From NCBI GenBank assembly GCA_003344405.1, contig NOWV01000245.1, forward strand, positions 1 through 64,000: a DNA stretch of 64,000 nucleotides. The letters run 5' to 3'. A model generated the notes under the pieces. That model was not told where the DNA came from, ran no database searches, and saw only the letters and a list, made by a program, of their open reading frames with translations. Position numbers and translations under genes: made by a program. Source of the stretch: Trichoplax sp. H2. Its lineage: Eukaryota. This document shows, one piece after another, positions 23,601-46,708 of the stretch; the first letter of the stretch is position 1, and the number at the start of each line of letters is the position of its first letter.

Positions 23601-24375
23601 GTTATTCACATTAGTAAAGTGCGTGGACTTGCGTTTATTTGCTTTTTGGTACTTGCGAGGCGTAATTTTCGAATGACTATGAAAATTATGCTCATTTGAT
23701 GTACCTATATAAATGTTACCCAATGGGACTACGGTTCCATTGGTGATTCATTTGGCGGAGCAGCGTATCAAGTACAGATAGTTGTTTAGAATGGATCATA
23801 CATCGAAAATCAGATACTCGTTTAATTGTCCAAGTGTTGAAGAAATAACATTTGAATCTCATTGCGAGTAAACATGACTATTAAATTCTTGATGTATGCA
23901 ACCATATATGTAACTAATGTCTTTATGTAAATGTTTAATCTTTAGGTATTCGTTGGGTGGTAACGTGTTGCACCTTTAACTTTCAATCTGGTATAAATCA
24001 TACTGAATGCTGAAGTAGAATTTTAAGCCTTTTGTGAAGATAGCAAGTTATCTGATAACAGCTTCTTTTACGAGATGTTTGTTCTTCCAAGTATTGCTAA
24101 TGTCCTATTATGGTAATCTTTTCGTAATCAAAGTTCGAACGATTTTGTGGTCGATAAAATCGGAGATTATATACTTACCTCTGAAAATAGAAGAATAATA
24201 AAATTGACATTTCAAACGTTATCGTGTAAGATAGTTATGAAGGTGTCAAAAACTATTTTTTAGAATTTCGTAATCTACTCATGGGATGCTTCATAGCATC
24301 TACAGATCATCGCCTTGACATCCAACATTTTATGGATGAGACCAATACCTTAATTTGCCTTGAATGCACTATTAT

Positions 24376-24765
24376 GAACATAGCAGAATACGTAATTATG
24401 CACCACTATATTGTTCTAAGCACACCGTAAAATTTAAGTTTTCTTACCTAAATTATCCTAATCTGGATAATTTTGCATACTGTACCTATTAGAGACCAAC
24501 TGAATTCGCACTCAACTTCTTGCTACTTGTTAGCTACAATATGAACTAGTTATTTCGTGCCGTTTATTGTGCTCGTACAACAATTATGAATATTGCAGAA
24601 TACGTAATTCTGCAACCACCATACGCGTACTGCTCGAAGCAGACTGTAAAAATTTATTTTCTATTACCCAGACCAGCTTAATGTGGATGATTTACGTACT
24701 TATGGAAGACGAACTGAATTCGTGCCCGGTATTTTGCTGGCTACAGTATCAACTAGGTATTTTCC
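24376..24765. repeat. Old diverged tandem duplication, period ~212 bp
   Basis: GCAGAATACGTAATT..GCA, AACTGAATTCG and GCTACA.TAT.AACTAG.TATTT each occur twice in the same order (about 24376-24556 and 24588-24765). Confidence 0.75.
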
Positions 24766-25368
24766 ACGCCGGTTACTGTGCTCACAACAATGTGTATGTG
24801 TATCTCAAGTTTTACCATAAAAAGTTAACATATAGCTGTGCCTATACACGGCCTACTAGATGTACGGTACTTTGAATGCCAACCATACATTGGTTGCCTC
24901 GAAGCTATAGGAAGTGCGCAAATGGCTTTTGTAATTTAAAATATACCAAACTTAGTGCAAAAATAATACATTCACACATAGTGAACAACATTACCAGTTC
25001 TAAGTGTTTATTTTTCATAAACACCATACTTTGATTACGAAGGATCATAGAATACTGTTAGAGGTCACGTCATGGAGAAAATCAAGTTACAACAGAAATG
25101 TTTTGCGAAAACCAGTAGTTAACGTGGAAGGTAGGTCTAAACAAATTCACATGTTTAAATGCGTTATCATACACAAAATTTCTAAACGTTATTTGCAGAT
25201 CAACATACAAATTTAAGAACGAGTATTGCTTAAAGAGTTACGAAAGGTTACCTGCTGTGTACAGTACCAATACTAATTCCCTACAGCTACACAACCTGAA
25301 ATGCTAATTTTATACATTTTTTAATTTGAAAAAGTTACTTTACAAGTTGGATCTAAAATATTTAAATC

Positions 25369-32865
<7,497 letters not shown>

Positions 32866-33510
32866 GGTCGAATTGAATTTTTTCTCGCAGGAACTTGCGC
32901 CAGTCTAAGCACGTAGAAAAATGTCCATTGCACAAACTGCCTCTGACAATGGAGGTGCTGGGTGAAATACCACTACAGTGTACAGTACGACTGTACACTG
33001 TAGTCAGTGCAGTGGCTGTATCCAATCCTATTGTTGATTGACTGTCCACTACAGTACTGTATACTGTACACTGACTGTAGAATGTCGCCACGACCATAGT
33101 GTACACGTACACGTACGCATGATGTGCAGCGAGAGTGACATCGACAACGTACGTACTGTACAGTACAGTCACCGTCAGTGAAATGATGTTCAGTGATGTG
33201 GTCAACTCTACTAGGCTAGACGCACTGGACAGTATGACCCAATGAGCGTCATTCATTTTCAAGAACATTCTTTTACTGTTGATAGTTCAGCGTTTGAAAT
33301 GTTGATCAAGTCAAACTACGGTGTAGCAGCAGTAGCAGTCATCCACATCACTGTCAGCCAAAGCAGTCCTGGACTCATGGTCAGGATAGGGACTTTTACA
33401 CAGAGAATTGGGAAATCTGTGGTCAGGACTGTGCATGTCCATTATACGCTGTACAGTGTACAGGACTGCGTTGGTTGATTGATTGATTGCGATGAGAACG
33501 CGGGTCTCTT

Positions 33511-33522
33511 TTTGGCGGGAAA
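33511..33522. promoter_or_regulatory. Consensus bidirectional E2F site TTTGGCGGGAAA in the SMC3/CSPP1 divergent intergenic region
   Basis: Exact match to the overlapping TTTSSCGSSAAA-type E2F element, about 650 bp upstream of the SMC3 ATG. Confidence 0.6.
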
Positions 33523-33585
33523 TGTGGCGCTTTTACTTACTGTACAATCATAGAGGCCCTCTATTATTATTTTAGAGGGTCTGTC

Positions 33586-34480
33586 GTGTACTGTACACTG
33601 TACAGTACTGTACAGTACAGTACGGCAATATTATTATGGTCCACTACAGTGTATGTACTGTACAGTACAGTACAGTACTGTACACTGTACCGGATTGTAC
33701 TGTACAGTACAGTAGAGTACAGTATTGACCGTGGCCTACTGTACAGTATTACAGTACAGTACAGTACACAATACTGTATTAACTGTATTAATTAATAATA
33801 TTATTATTTTCGTCCACTACAGTACAGTACTGTACTGTACTCCTACAGTACTGTACCCTGTGCAGGATTGTACAATGTACAGTGTACAGTGTACAGTACA
33901 GTGTATACAGTCAGTTTGTATAATCCCACCCCAATACTATACAGTACAGTACAGTACTGTATACAGTACAGTAGTACAAACGTCTTTTACAACACTTTGT
34001 ATTTCAGAGTCATGACTACAGTATACTGTACGCTGTTACGTACAGTACTGTACTACTGTACTGTATGTACAGTGTACTGTACAGTATAGTATAGTCTTAT
34101 ACCGTACTGTACTGTACAGTGTACACTATATACTGTAGTGTTAACACTGTACACTGTGTACGTTGGTACGTTCAATGAACGTCCGACGTTCAAATTGGAC
34201 GTTCGTACTGTACGTTCGTTCATTAAAACTGGCGAACGTCCACAGTACTAATGTACAGTACTCATTGTACTGTACAGTGTACAGTACAGTATTGACCTAC
34301 TGTACTGTACAGTATTACAGTACACAGTGTACAGTACAGTATTGACCTACAGTATTACAGTACACAGTGTACAGTACTAACAGTAGGCCACCGTACTGTA
34401 CACTGTACAGTACGGTACAGTATTGAAAGTGGCCCATTACAGTATACTGTACTGTACTATACACTATACACTGTACTGTA
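33586..34480. repeat. Low-complexity TACAG/CTGTA/TGTACA micro-repeat field with alternating orientation
   Basis: About 900 bp built mostly from TACAG and its complement CTGTA, giving many TACAGTACTGTA palindromes. It produces the spurious Y/S/T/V/Q/C-rich ORFs in the track. Confidence 0.92.
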
Positions 34481-35598
34481 CCTGAATGGGATTGTACGCT
34501 ACTCCATCGTCGCCTACGCAAGCCGTTTCCATGACTATCGGCAAATAGAAGAAATTTCAACGGGGGGGAAAAACATTCATGCCAATTCTCAGTCTAGCCT
34601 TCAATGTCTGCAGCTGCATCAATCACTCATTCGGAGGCCTAGTAGAGATGATATTAGCATGTTTTCCATGCCTTCAAGTTTGTTGACAACACTTTACTCG
34701 ACGCTACTATCATCAACAAGACCCTGGACAGTGGACACAAACGTCCACATAGTACTGTAGTCTGTAGACGCGTACCCATTGACAAAATAAATCCTACATT
34801 GATCCAGGAAGGTATTCCATACTTGATTCTGCTACTCTATTCTTCAAAAGATGCCATCTAGCATACTCTACCACCAAAGCCTTGGATACCAGCTGATACA
34901 ACAGGTACTGATCTCACTTTCAACAGTCATGCTTCCGTATCATAATGTCCACTAAAATTGAATCATTCTAAAATTGAAGTAGGCTTGACTCCATCCCTTC
35001 CAGTCTACTTCAGACAATTCATACTCGATACATACACCAATCGTTTGTCGTATCAAGGTTTTAAAGTCATATGATTCATGGCTAAATAGTCATTCCACTA
35101 AGATTAGTCATATTGCCAATGATTAAAGCTCGATCTTTTGCATTGGTAACATTGGTAACTCGACAGTCCACAGGTAAGCAATACTACGGACAGCACAGTT
35201 GAACTTTATAGCGGCATCTTACTCAATGTACAATCTCAAGCATGCATCATCACTTATTGCTATACAGTAATGTAGTATTAGAGTCAATGACAACAAGGAT
35301 AATCAAGGCATAGTTATATCACGCTAAAATGTCAGGTATATGCACGTATAAGTAGCTGTCCAAACTATCCATACTTAAAGTACTTGTAGGACGCTAGGAC
35401 TGTTACTCTTTTATTCATGATTACTTTGAATTCTTTTCACTTTTCCATTAAAATTGATTCTCGGCTTCAGGTATAATTGAAATTTTGCAATCCAACTGTC
35501 ACCACCAGTAATCCAACACTCAATAGAAAGGCTGTTGGCTCTCTATTATACTGCTTACCTATTGGAGATTGATATCAATTGAGGAATGGTAGCTTCCA

Positions 35599-38500
35599 AT
35601 GGCCACCCAGGATGAGATGACACGTTTTATTCAATTACAGAAAGCTAAATTACATCATGAGCGACAACAAATTGGCCCAGAATCCAGTAATCCTGTCAGA
35701 AGTTTCAACCAAGCAGGAACAACATCAAATCTTTCAAATGAAAGGAGTGATCTTCGTCCTACCCAAAGTGATGGAGCATTTACCTTAAGAGATTCACATA
35801 ATAATCAGATTAATCATAATAGTGAAGATATTCACAACCTACATCGGACTCATTCTTTATGGGATAAGTTGGGCGATGATGGCCTGACTATGAAACAAAA
35901 TTTTAAAAAAAGGAGAGAAGATGAATTTAAAGAATTTGCCGATAACAAAAAGTACGGTCGTTACAACCGTAATATTAACGAGAACAACTATCAAGGATTA
36001 AGTTTGCCCATAAGGGAACAGAATAGTGCTAAAGAAAGGTTAAAGAAAGAGCGACAACGAGAGTATAACGAATTTTTACAAGAAAAGTTACGCAGAGAAA
36101 CCGAGGGTAAATCTCGTAGGCGCAACAATTTGAATGACGCTATGCAGCCTCAGAACTATCATTCAAAACCAGTTGGTTACGATCAACTACTGCAACAAAA
36201 AAGGGAGCAAGAGGAACGTTATCGGTAAAAAATCCATGCAATTGGATATTATGAACAGTTACTGACAATGGCTTCTCTTTCTATCTGTTTATAATCTTGT
36301 AACTGTAATGATTTCACTGTTTCAATTCATCGGTTTTATTCACTATACCACAAATTATAGTCAGCTAAATCATATCGAAACTGCACCAGCTGATTTTGTA
36401 CCATCCAAGCCGAAGTTCGATCTACAACATTCAAGAGATCCCCGCTATAATCTACCTATACCAGAAAAGTAAGTTGATTGAAAGATCCCTGTTATACGTT
36501 ATCATAGAAATTACATTCACTAAGAAAATTGAACTATTAATGTTTAGCTTGACCTTAGTTGTAAGTATATACCATTATAATCCATAATAGATAAAAATAC
36601 ATATTTTGATCTACGTTCTTAATTCGATATTGATGAATGATAAGGAATGAAAGCTTGCAACTTGATAAAATGCGTTCTTACCGTAGTAATAAAACTGTGA
36701 CATTAACAAGTATTAAATATGATAGTAATAAGAATATTTTAAACTCATATGGGCAGTACCAGTAGTTAACTGCTAAAGCACCATCAAAGTTTTAACTTGT
36801 GTTAAGATGACAGACTAAAAGAAATTCCATTTTGATCTTCTTTTTTAATGCATAATCATCGAATTCTTTTCGTATAACAGATTTCAACAAATTTATAACA
36901 AATTTAAAAACTGCCTTTTAGCGGCATATTGTTGCACATTACTGATCATACCGTAGTTCTTTCGTCATCTTGAAAGTTATTAAAGATGTGTATAAAATGA
37001 CAGTACTTATCTCCTAGTATAATCGCTGAGGTACGAAATTTATAGTGATGTCTCCTAAAACATCAGCGTAGATTTCGTACCTTAGTGAATTATCACTACA
37101 GTGTACCGTAGTTAATTTCAATTTTGGTGCGCTGTTATAGTGCTAAGATATTGCCTACTGTCACTATGACATACTGTAGAATTGCAGAATGTAGTAGTAA
37201 AGTGATTAATTTTGCTGAACCTAGTTATGTCATTGCTCTCGAATACAGAATAATCGTTATCTTCTATCTGTTGCTGTTAAAATACTACGTCATTTAAATT
37301 ATTTGAACTGTTTTTTTTTCCTACGGCTTGAACAAAATTTATAAACCCTATTTGTGTAGTTTACTAATTTATTTAAAATACAGACAGAAAATTTTATTAC
37401 TTCTATGTCTTGCATAATCTATAATTCATTTATGGATTCTCTAGTAAATCTCTACTGTACATACATTCGTTGTACGTCGTAATGCACATTCAAAGAACTT
37501 TTTGAGTCAAAAATTTTAGTCAATATATACAGTTCACTTCTAACGTAATTGAATATTGTGATATGCATACAAATATCAATTATTATGTTATCATTCATTA
37601 GTATTCTAACATTTATAAAAGCAGTAATCATAACAGTTGCTTTAAATTTATAACAGATGGAATTAAGTAATATTGATATTTCGCAATCTCAATGTAATAA
37701 AACCATATATTGTTGTAATTATACAATTTGAAATGCTAACTAGTGTGGACTTCAGTTAAATTACTCCAGTTTACTTATTATGAGAGGTTAAATGGCCTTT
37801 GTACGTATTGAAATTAACATCAAAACTTTTATTCCTACTCATTCCATCATGGTTTATGTGAATATGGCTATATTATAATTATTTTATATCAAGTCGACCA
37901 GTTGAATGGCAATTAGGCGATGAAGATTTATATGCATGGGCACGCCAAAAGGCTAACAATCATGATGCACCAGACGATATAGGAAGATTGCCATATGATA
38001 TTAATCTTGGTAATGGCCAAGGAAACGTACCATTGTCCAATAATAGTCCACTACTAGATGCAGTAACTCAACTAACAGATCCGGTAAGTATTCATTTTAA
38101 TTATTGATCGTACTATCGATAAATTATTAATAGATTTGAGGTAATTTTGACTTTTTAAATTGTTGAATGTATTTTAATAAAATTTGCAATCATTTCGGTG
38201 TTAAACATTTCCAAACATTCGTTTCGCTATCCTCATGTATGAACCTCCAACAGAGACTCCGATCAGATTATCCACCTGATGAAGTTCCTCGTGCTTCTTA
38301 TAGCAACAATAACGCAGTACCAGTTAGAAATGCTGACTACCCTGGTGCAGTTTCGCGCAATAACTACGTTCAAGCTAAAGGCAACAGCGTTTTAGATCAC
38401 AGTCATCGCCGAATTGGCAATCACGATCCTCCAAATGCGCACTATCGTACTTCCAGTCAAAATCAAAGTTCCAACATCTTGCTAGGCTTTTCTGGATCAG

Positions 38501-41059
38501 AAGACAAGCCACGCTATGATAAAAGTAGCTACCAACAGGATTTAAAACAACAGATGCTAGAAATGGAAAATAGAAAGAAACAAGAAAAAAAAAGAAGAGA
38601 GGCAGAAGAACTGAAAAAAGAACAAGAAATATATGATTATAATCCGTGGGGTAAAGGCGGAGGTGGTGCACCCCTGCGCGATCGCCATGGTCGCATTGTT
38701 GCTGATCTAAAAAGAATGCATGTAGATAATGAGACTAAACTTCTTAACCCTAATACTAATGAAAATCGTAGTCAACCCAATCCTTCACTTTCTAGTAACA
38801 ACAATAATCAATACTCAAATGCAGCTTCTCCCCGGCGTGAGCCTAATTCATTAAATGAGCCCAATTATAGTTATAATCAACCTAATCGTGAAACTACTGA
38901 GGTTGTAACTAAACTTACATCAGAAGGTTTTATGACTCAAGAAAGTCCACGCAAAAGTGAGACTGATTACAGAGCATATCTTAAACAGCAAATTGAAGAA
39001 AAAGAGCGTAGAAAGCGGGAAGAACAAGAAAAAATAAGACAGGAAGAGCTGAAAGAAATGCAACGCATCGAAGATCAGAGGAAAATTATGCAAGAAGAAC
39101 ATGAGAAAGAGCTTGTAAGTAACCTGATAAATTTTACTGCACGTAACGTGTGTCTTAGCTAGCGCATATTGTAGGTAAATCACCTTGCGGTAAACTTCCA
39201 TCTGATTAAATCAAAAATAGTCGGAAAACTTTAAGAGCGGAATTAAATTCTATCCGCAATCCATCAGATAAAGTTTCATTTTATATTAGTTAAAACTATT
39301 GTATCTTGAAATTATAAATTCTAATTGTACCTCGATCTCTTTTCCACTTTTAGGAAGGAAAGCGTAAAAAAGAAGAGGAAGAGAATCGGCAAAAAGAGGA
39401 AGCTGCACAAAAAATTAAAGAGCAGCGTGAGGCTTCGGAGCGAGCACAGCGTGAAGCTGAAGAGAATCGTCGGCAGAAAGCAGATGATGACTTAAAAAGG
39501 AGGCTAGCGGAAAGTAGGAAGAAACCGTATGAACAGGAAGCTAGCAATCAACAGAATAGCCCTGTGAGATCGAACTCTCCGCCTATACCAGCACTAAGGC
39601 AGTCATATAATCAATCTCCACCAATTCCTGCTTTAAGAAATGAGCAAGGCAATCCAACTTCACCGCCTTTACCAAGTCATAGACAAGTTACAAATACTAA
39701 TAGCGATATTTATAACCAAGACGACGAAATTCCTAGCCACTCTGAGATTCAACCACTTAAACTTTCAAGATCGCAGACATTTAATGAAGTTACACTTAGT
39801 CAGCGAGATAATGATATTTATAGGAGTCATCCGAAATCATCACGCAATAATTCCATTTCAGGAAATGCATCCACTATACCCAATAACTCCAATACGCGTC
39901 CCTTTAACAGAACTGCGGAAGAAACTAAAGATGTTATCGCTCAGCTGGAATTAATGCGGCAACAACTGAAACTTGAGCAAGCTAAGGTAACGTTGATCAT
40001 GTAGCCTGAGCATACTCGTACGCCAAAGTTTACTGTTCAATCCAAAATCAAAATATGATCTGATTTATATTCTATTTCGTATAGGTTCAAGAACAATTAG
40101 AACAAAACAAAAAGGCTTATGAAGGACTGCTAAGGAATGAGGAGTTAAAGGTTAATTTAAGCTTTAGATAATATTTCTTTCTATAGAAGTTCGATTATGA
40201 CCCACACTTTAATAACAGTTATAAACCAAATTGACGGAGATACTTTCTGATTAGCTACAAGCTCATATGGAACAGAACAAGAAAGCTAAAGAACGCCGAT
40301 TATCAAGGAGTAAGAACAAAGCAGATATTTTTGCAATGGCATTACCCAAAAATAAAGGAGGAAATCAAAACAATGCTACATCGGAGTTTAATTCACTTAA
40401 GTATGGCAATGGAAGTGAATCAAGACAAGAATTTTGGAAAGAATATCCTGAACCAGCTGAATCAAGTGCTTCGTTAGAAGTTCAACAGCAAGCTCTGCTA
40501 GATAAGCAAGAGCATCAATTGAAAATGTTACGAGAGGGTGAGGACATGTCAGTAACTTTTACGAGTATTGCATAAAATGATAGTACATTAAGCTAAATCT
40601 TATACTACATGGGAGGGTAAAAAGTTTACTGCAGTTGTTGTACTCCTGATAAACAATAAATTCACTATAATTATAGGTGATTTAGCCGCAGATCTTGATG
40701 TTAATAGTCATCCTACTAATCATCACCATCAGGCTTCAAATCGTAAGCCTGATTCAGAATCACAATTATCCTTATTGACATCAGAAACTAAATTTGTACC
40801 AGTCGATGATAATGGTAATAACGTTAAAGGCTCAACCGATGAAAATTCTACTAAAGTTTCATCAGCACGTGAAAGAAGAAGAATTCGACAACGCGATGAG
40901 TTACCATCTACCCCGGCGTCCATTTCCAGTCTAAATATCGATGCCATCAATGAGAAAAATAAAGAACGATTACTTAGATTGGAGAAATTGACTGAAAGAA
41001 GAAAGAAAAATGACACTTTAGAACCAAGCGCGGTTTTAGAAGAATATTTAGAAAAATAA
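35599..41059 (+). CDS. CSPP1: Centrosome and spindle pole-associated protein 1 orthologue, 8 coding exons, ~1049 aa
   Basis: Exons 35599-36224, 36361-36468, 37894-38083, 38254-39114, 39354-39986, 40085-40150, 40255-40537 and 40677-41059, all in frame. CSPP1-type motifs FI..QKAKL, LSLPI....SAKERLK.ER..EYN.FL, YNPWGKGGGGAPLRD..G....DL.RMH and YP.P......LEVQQQALL. Confidence 0.9.
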
Positions 41060-42815
41060 CAACGATTAAATATTACCTCAATGGAATCAATTTGTTTATT
41101 TGATTTTATAAATATCTCTTACTTATTTCAGTTTTCCATATGATTAATACATAAATAAAAATGTAAAACGATAGCAAGAAATAATTACTTTTTCGGTTGT
41201 TGATACTGTAACTACTTGAAGATGCCTGTAGTATTAAAATAATTTCTCTGCTATCATTATATCATAGTGGAGTCTATTTGTATGCATACAAACATATAGT
41301 TTATAAATATTTATAACTAGTACGTGTACTATATATCTATTATAGAACGCTAATTGAGCTCGTGCTCTCATATTCGTTTATATTAAGGATTTCTACTATA
41401 GTTACTAGTAATAACTTTACGTCAAAATTCTTTTGATAGTTCTCTAAATACCGTAATCTGGTTGTTAATTTCATTTCCTTAAGCCTTTTGCAACGTGTAC
41501 ATATATCAATAGAACGAAATCTGTCACCATTCAATAATGTTTAATTGGATTGATGAAAACTAATATTTCACATTCATTTTCGTTTTGATACTTTTCATTA
41601 TGTAGTGTTGACGATTTAAAAATAATGTTTCGGTATTTTATGAAATCTGACATCACTATTATTGCATCGAATAACGTCTTAATTGATGGTTGTTCCATGC
41701 GATCGGTAGTTGGAGCTATTCCATTCAAGCTGGATCTGCAGTATAATGTGTATTTCGTAATGATGATGTGCATTTTAAATTCATTCTACTGTTGTTATGT
41801 TTGATCTTTGGAAAGGCTGATTTTTTATACGCAATGCGTTAAGATATGTTCGAAGTTACACATGGTGTATAGCGATTGCTAGCTATGTATTCAATATTTT
41901 TCTTGATATTAATTATATCGATATTAGTTTTCAATTGGCTAAGGAAGACATAATTTACGTTAACATTTTTTGTCGTGCTCGATATCTCATAGTATCAAAG
42001 CCAGATTTCGAATGCGATAATTGAGTCACTTTATGTAATTATGTTGATTAATGATTATGAAAATGATTCTAAATGCAAAGTTGTTGGTTAATTTATTCTA
42101 TAATTATTAAAGCCATAACAATAACTCGTAGATAGTAGATTCATTTTGTTAATCTTAGTCAGCCAATAACGTTTTATAGTAGTAAAGACCTATCGCTACA
42201 AAAATATGAATAGAATGAATTGTATTTCCAAAATTGTTTATATAAGTATTATTTATACAAAGACAATAAATATTGTTATGACGTCAGCTAAATGCGACTT
42301 CTGCAAAAAGTACACTTTTTTCTAATAATTGCTTCCTTAATAACATCTACTATAGTTTGCACCTCATCATATTGGTATCGCCGAAAGAAATTGTCTTTTA
42401 AGGTAAGCAAAAGAGCTGTAAATGTAATAGGTCTCAAAGGAAGATACTCTCCTTTAATATTTCCAACGATTTACCTATATTAAGAATGATATTGACGCTA
42501 AACAACACAGTGAAAGATTGATGAGATACACTTCAGATAAAGACCTCATCATAGTATTATAATCAAGTATCGTAACATCTCGAGCTAAGTATTATCTTTA
42601 AATAGAATAGTGGATCCGAAGGTAAATTAGTTTATTCTCTATTAAGGACTAAGTTTCGGGCTATTTTAAAGAAATTGAACAGAGTCTTATTGAAAATTTT
42701 CATACTTCCTAATAGTTATTACGATTTATCATTGTTTGAAATTTAGCTCTTAGCACAGTAGAAAAGCAAACGAATTAACATTGATGTACACGTATCTACA
42801 GGTTTCCCTATTAAA

Positions 42816-45759
<2,944 letters not shown>

Positions 45760-46083
45760 GGTCTATCCGCTTGCCACTAACCCCTTGACCACCTTGGGTG
45801 TGTGGATGATCACCTTGGTACCGTACACTAGTACTGTATGCCAGCGTCCACAGTACGCCTTTTATCCGCTATACTGTACACTGTACACTGTACAGGGCCA
45901 TGGACCAGTGAGATACTATACCGGTCAAGCCGAGTCCAGTGTCTGGCAGTCCATGCCTCGATGATATGGTATACTGTACTATGGTGTAGTCCAAAAGCAA
46001 TGGTGAATGACTGGGCGTAAATCGACTACTCAGACTGAGAGTATTGTACAGTATACTTCCAGTAGTCATGATGGCACACAGTA

Positions 46084-46566
46084 CACAATGGACTCCTCCT
46101 ACAATACCTAGACTCGAAACTAGCCTTGGATGGACGGACTTTACCTGTAAGATTACTGTTAGGCGGAAGATAGGAAATTACGTGCAGCATACAGTACACT
46201 GTACGCTTCCAGAAGTCATGATACAGGGGTTACAATACACTACTCCAAACTCTCCTTGGATGGACGGACTTTACTTACCAGAGAAGGCGGAAAATGGCGA
46301 AATGACCTGTACTGTACACTGTGTACACAATGGACTCCTCCAATAATACCTGGACCCCAAACTCTCCTTGGATGGACGGACTTTGCTTACAAGAGAAGGC
46401 GGAAAATGGCGAAATGACCTGTACACTCACAGTGTACTGTAGTCATGATACAGTACAGTACACAACGGACTCGTCCAACAATACCTGGACTCCAAACTCT
46501 CCTCGGATGGACGGACTTTGCTTACAAGAGAAGGCGGAAAATGGCGAAATGACCTGCACTGTACAC
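46084..46566. repeat. Tandem ~110-140-bp repeat (3 close copies plus 1 diverged) upstream of TEX261
   Basis: CCAAACTCTCCT.GGATGGACGGACTTT.CTTAC.AGAGAAGGCGGAAAATGGCGAAATGACCTG occurs at about 46244, 46356 and 46491, with a degenerate copy at about 46120-46180. Confidence 0.9.
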
Positions 46567-46708
46567 CTACTCTGTACAGCAGTCACAAACGACTACCAGC
46601 CCATGCTGTCATACTGTATGTCATGGCTGTTTTCTTCTTCAATGCCATTTATGAATTTAAAAACATTGGATCATTTTAACATAGTTGAACCTTATTGTCA
46701 AAGTTAAA

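Noticed and set aside
33218..33250. Resemblance to the 5' end of U4/U4atac snRNA (CGCACTGGACAGTATGACCCAATGAG)
   Set aside because: It needs several indels, the similarity does not continue into the kink-turn partner strand, and there is no Sm site. More simply a CCAAT box in promoter DNA.
33230..33430. Possible RNase MRP/P RNA on the minus strand (AAAAGTCCC ... GCTCA)
   Set aside because: The two halves of the P4 helix would not pair and the other conserved regions are missing.
33586..34480. CRISPR-like or coding repeat array
   Set aside because: No constant-length repeat with unique spacers, eukaryotic context and no cas genes.
38375..41016. Antisense ORFs over CSPP1 (likewise those over TPMT, SMC3 and the zinc-finger gene)
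   Set aside because: Shadow frames of real coding exons with biased composition and no independent evidence.
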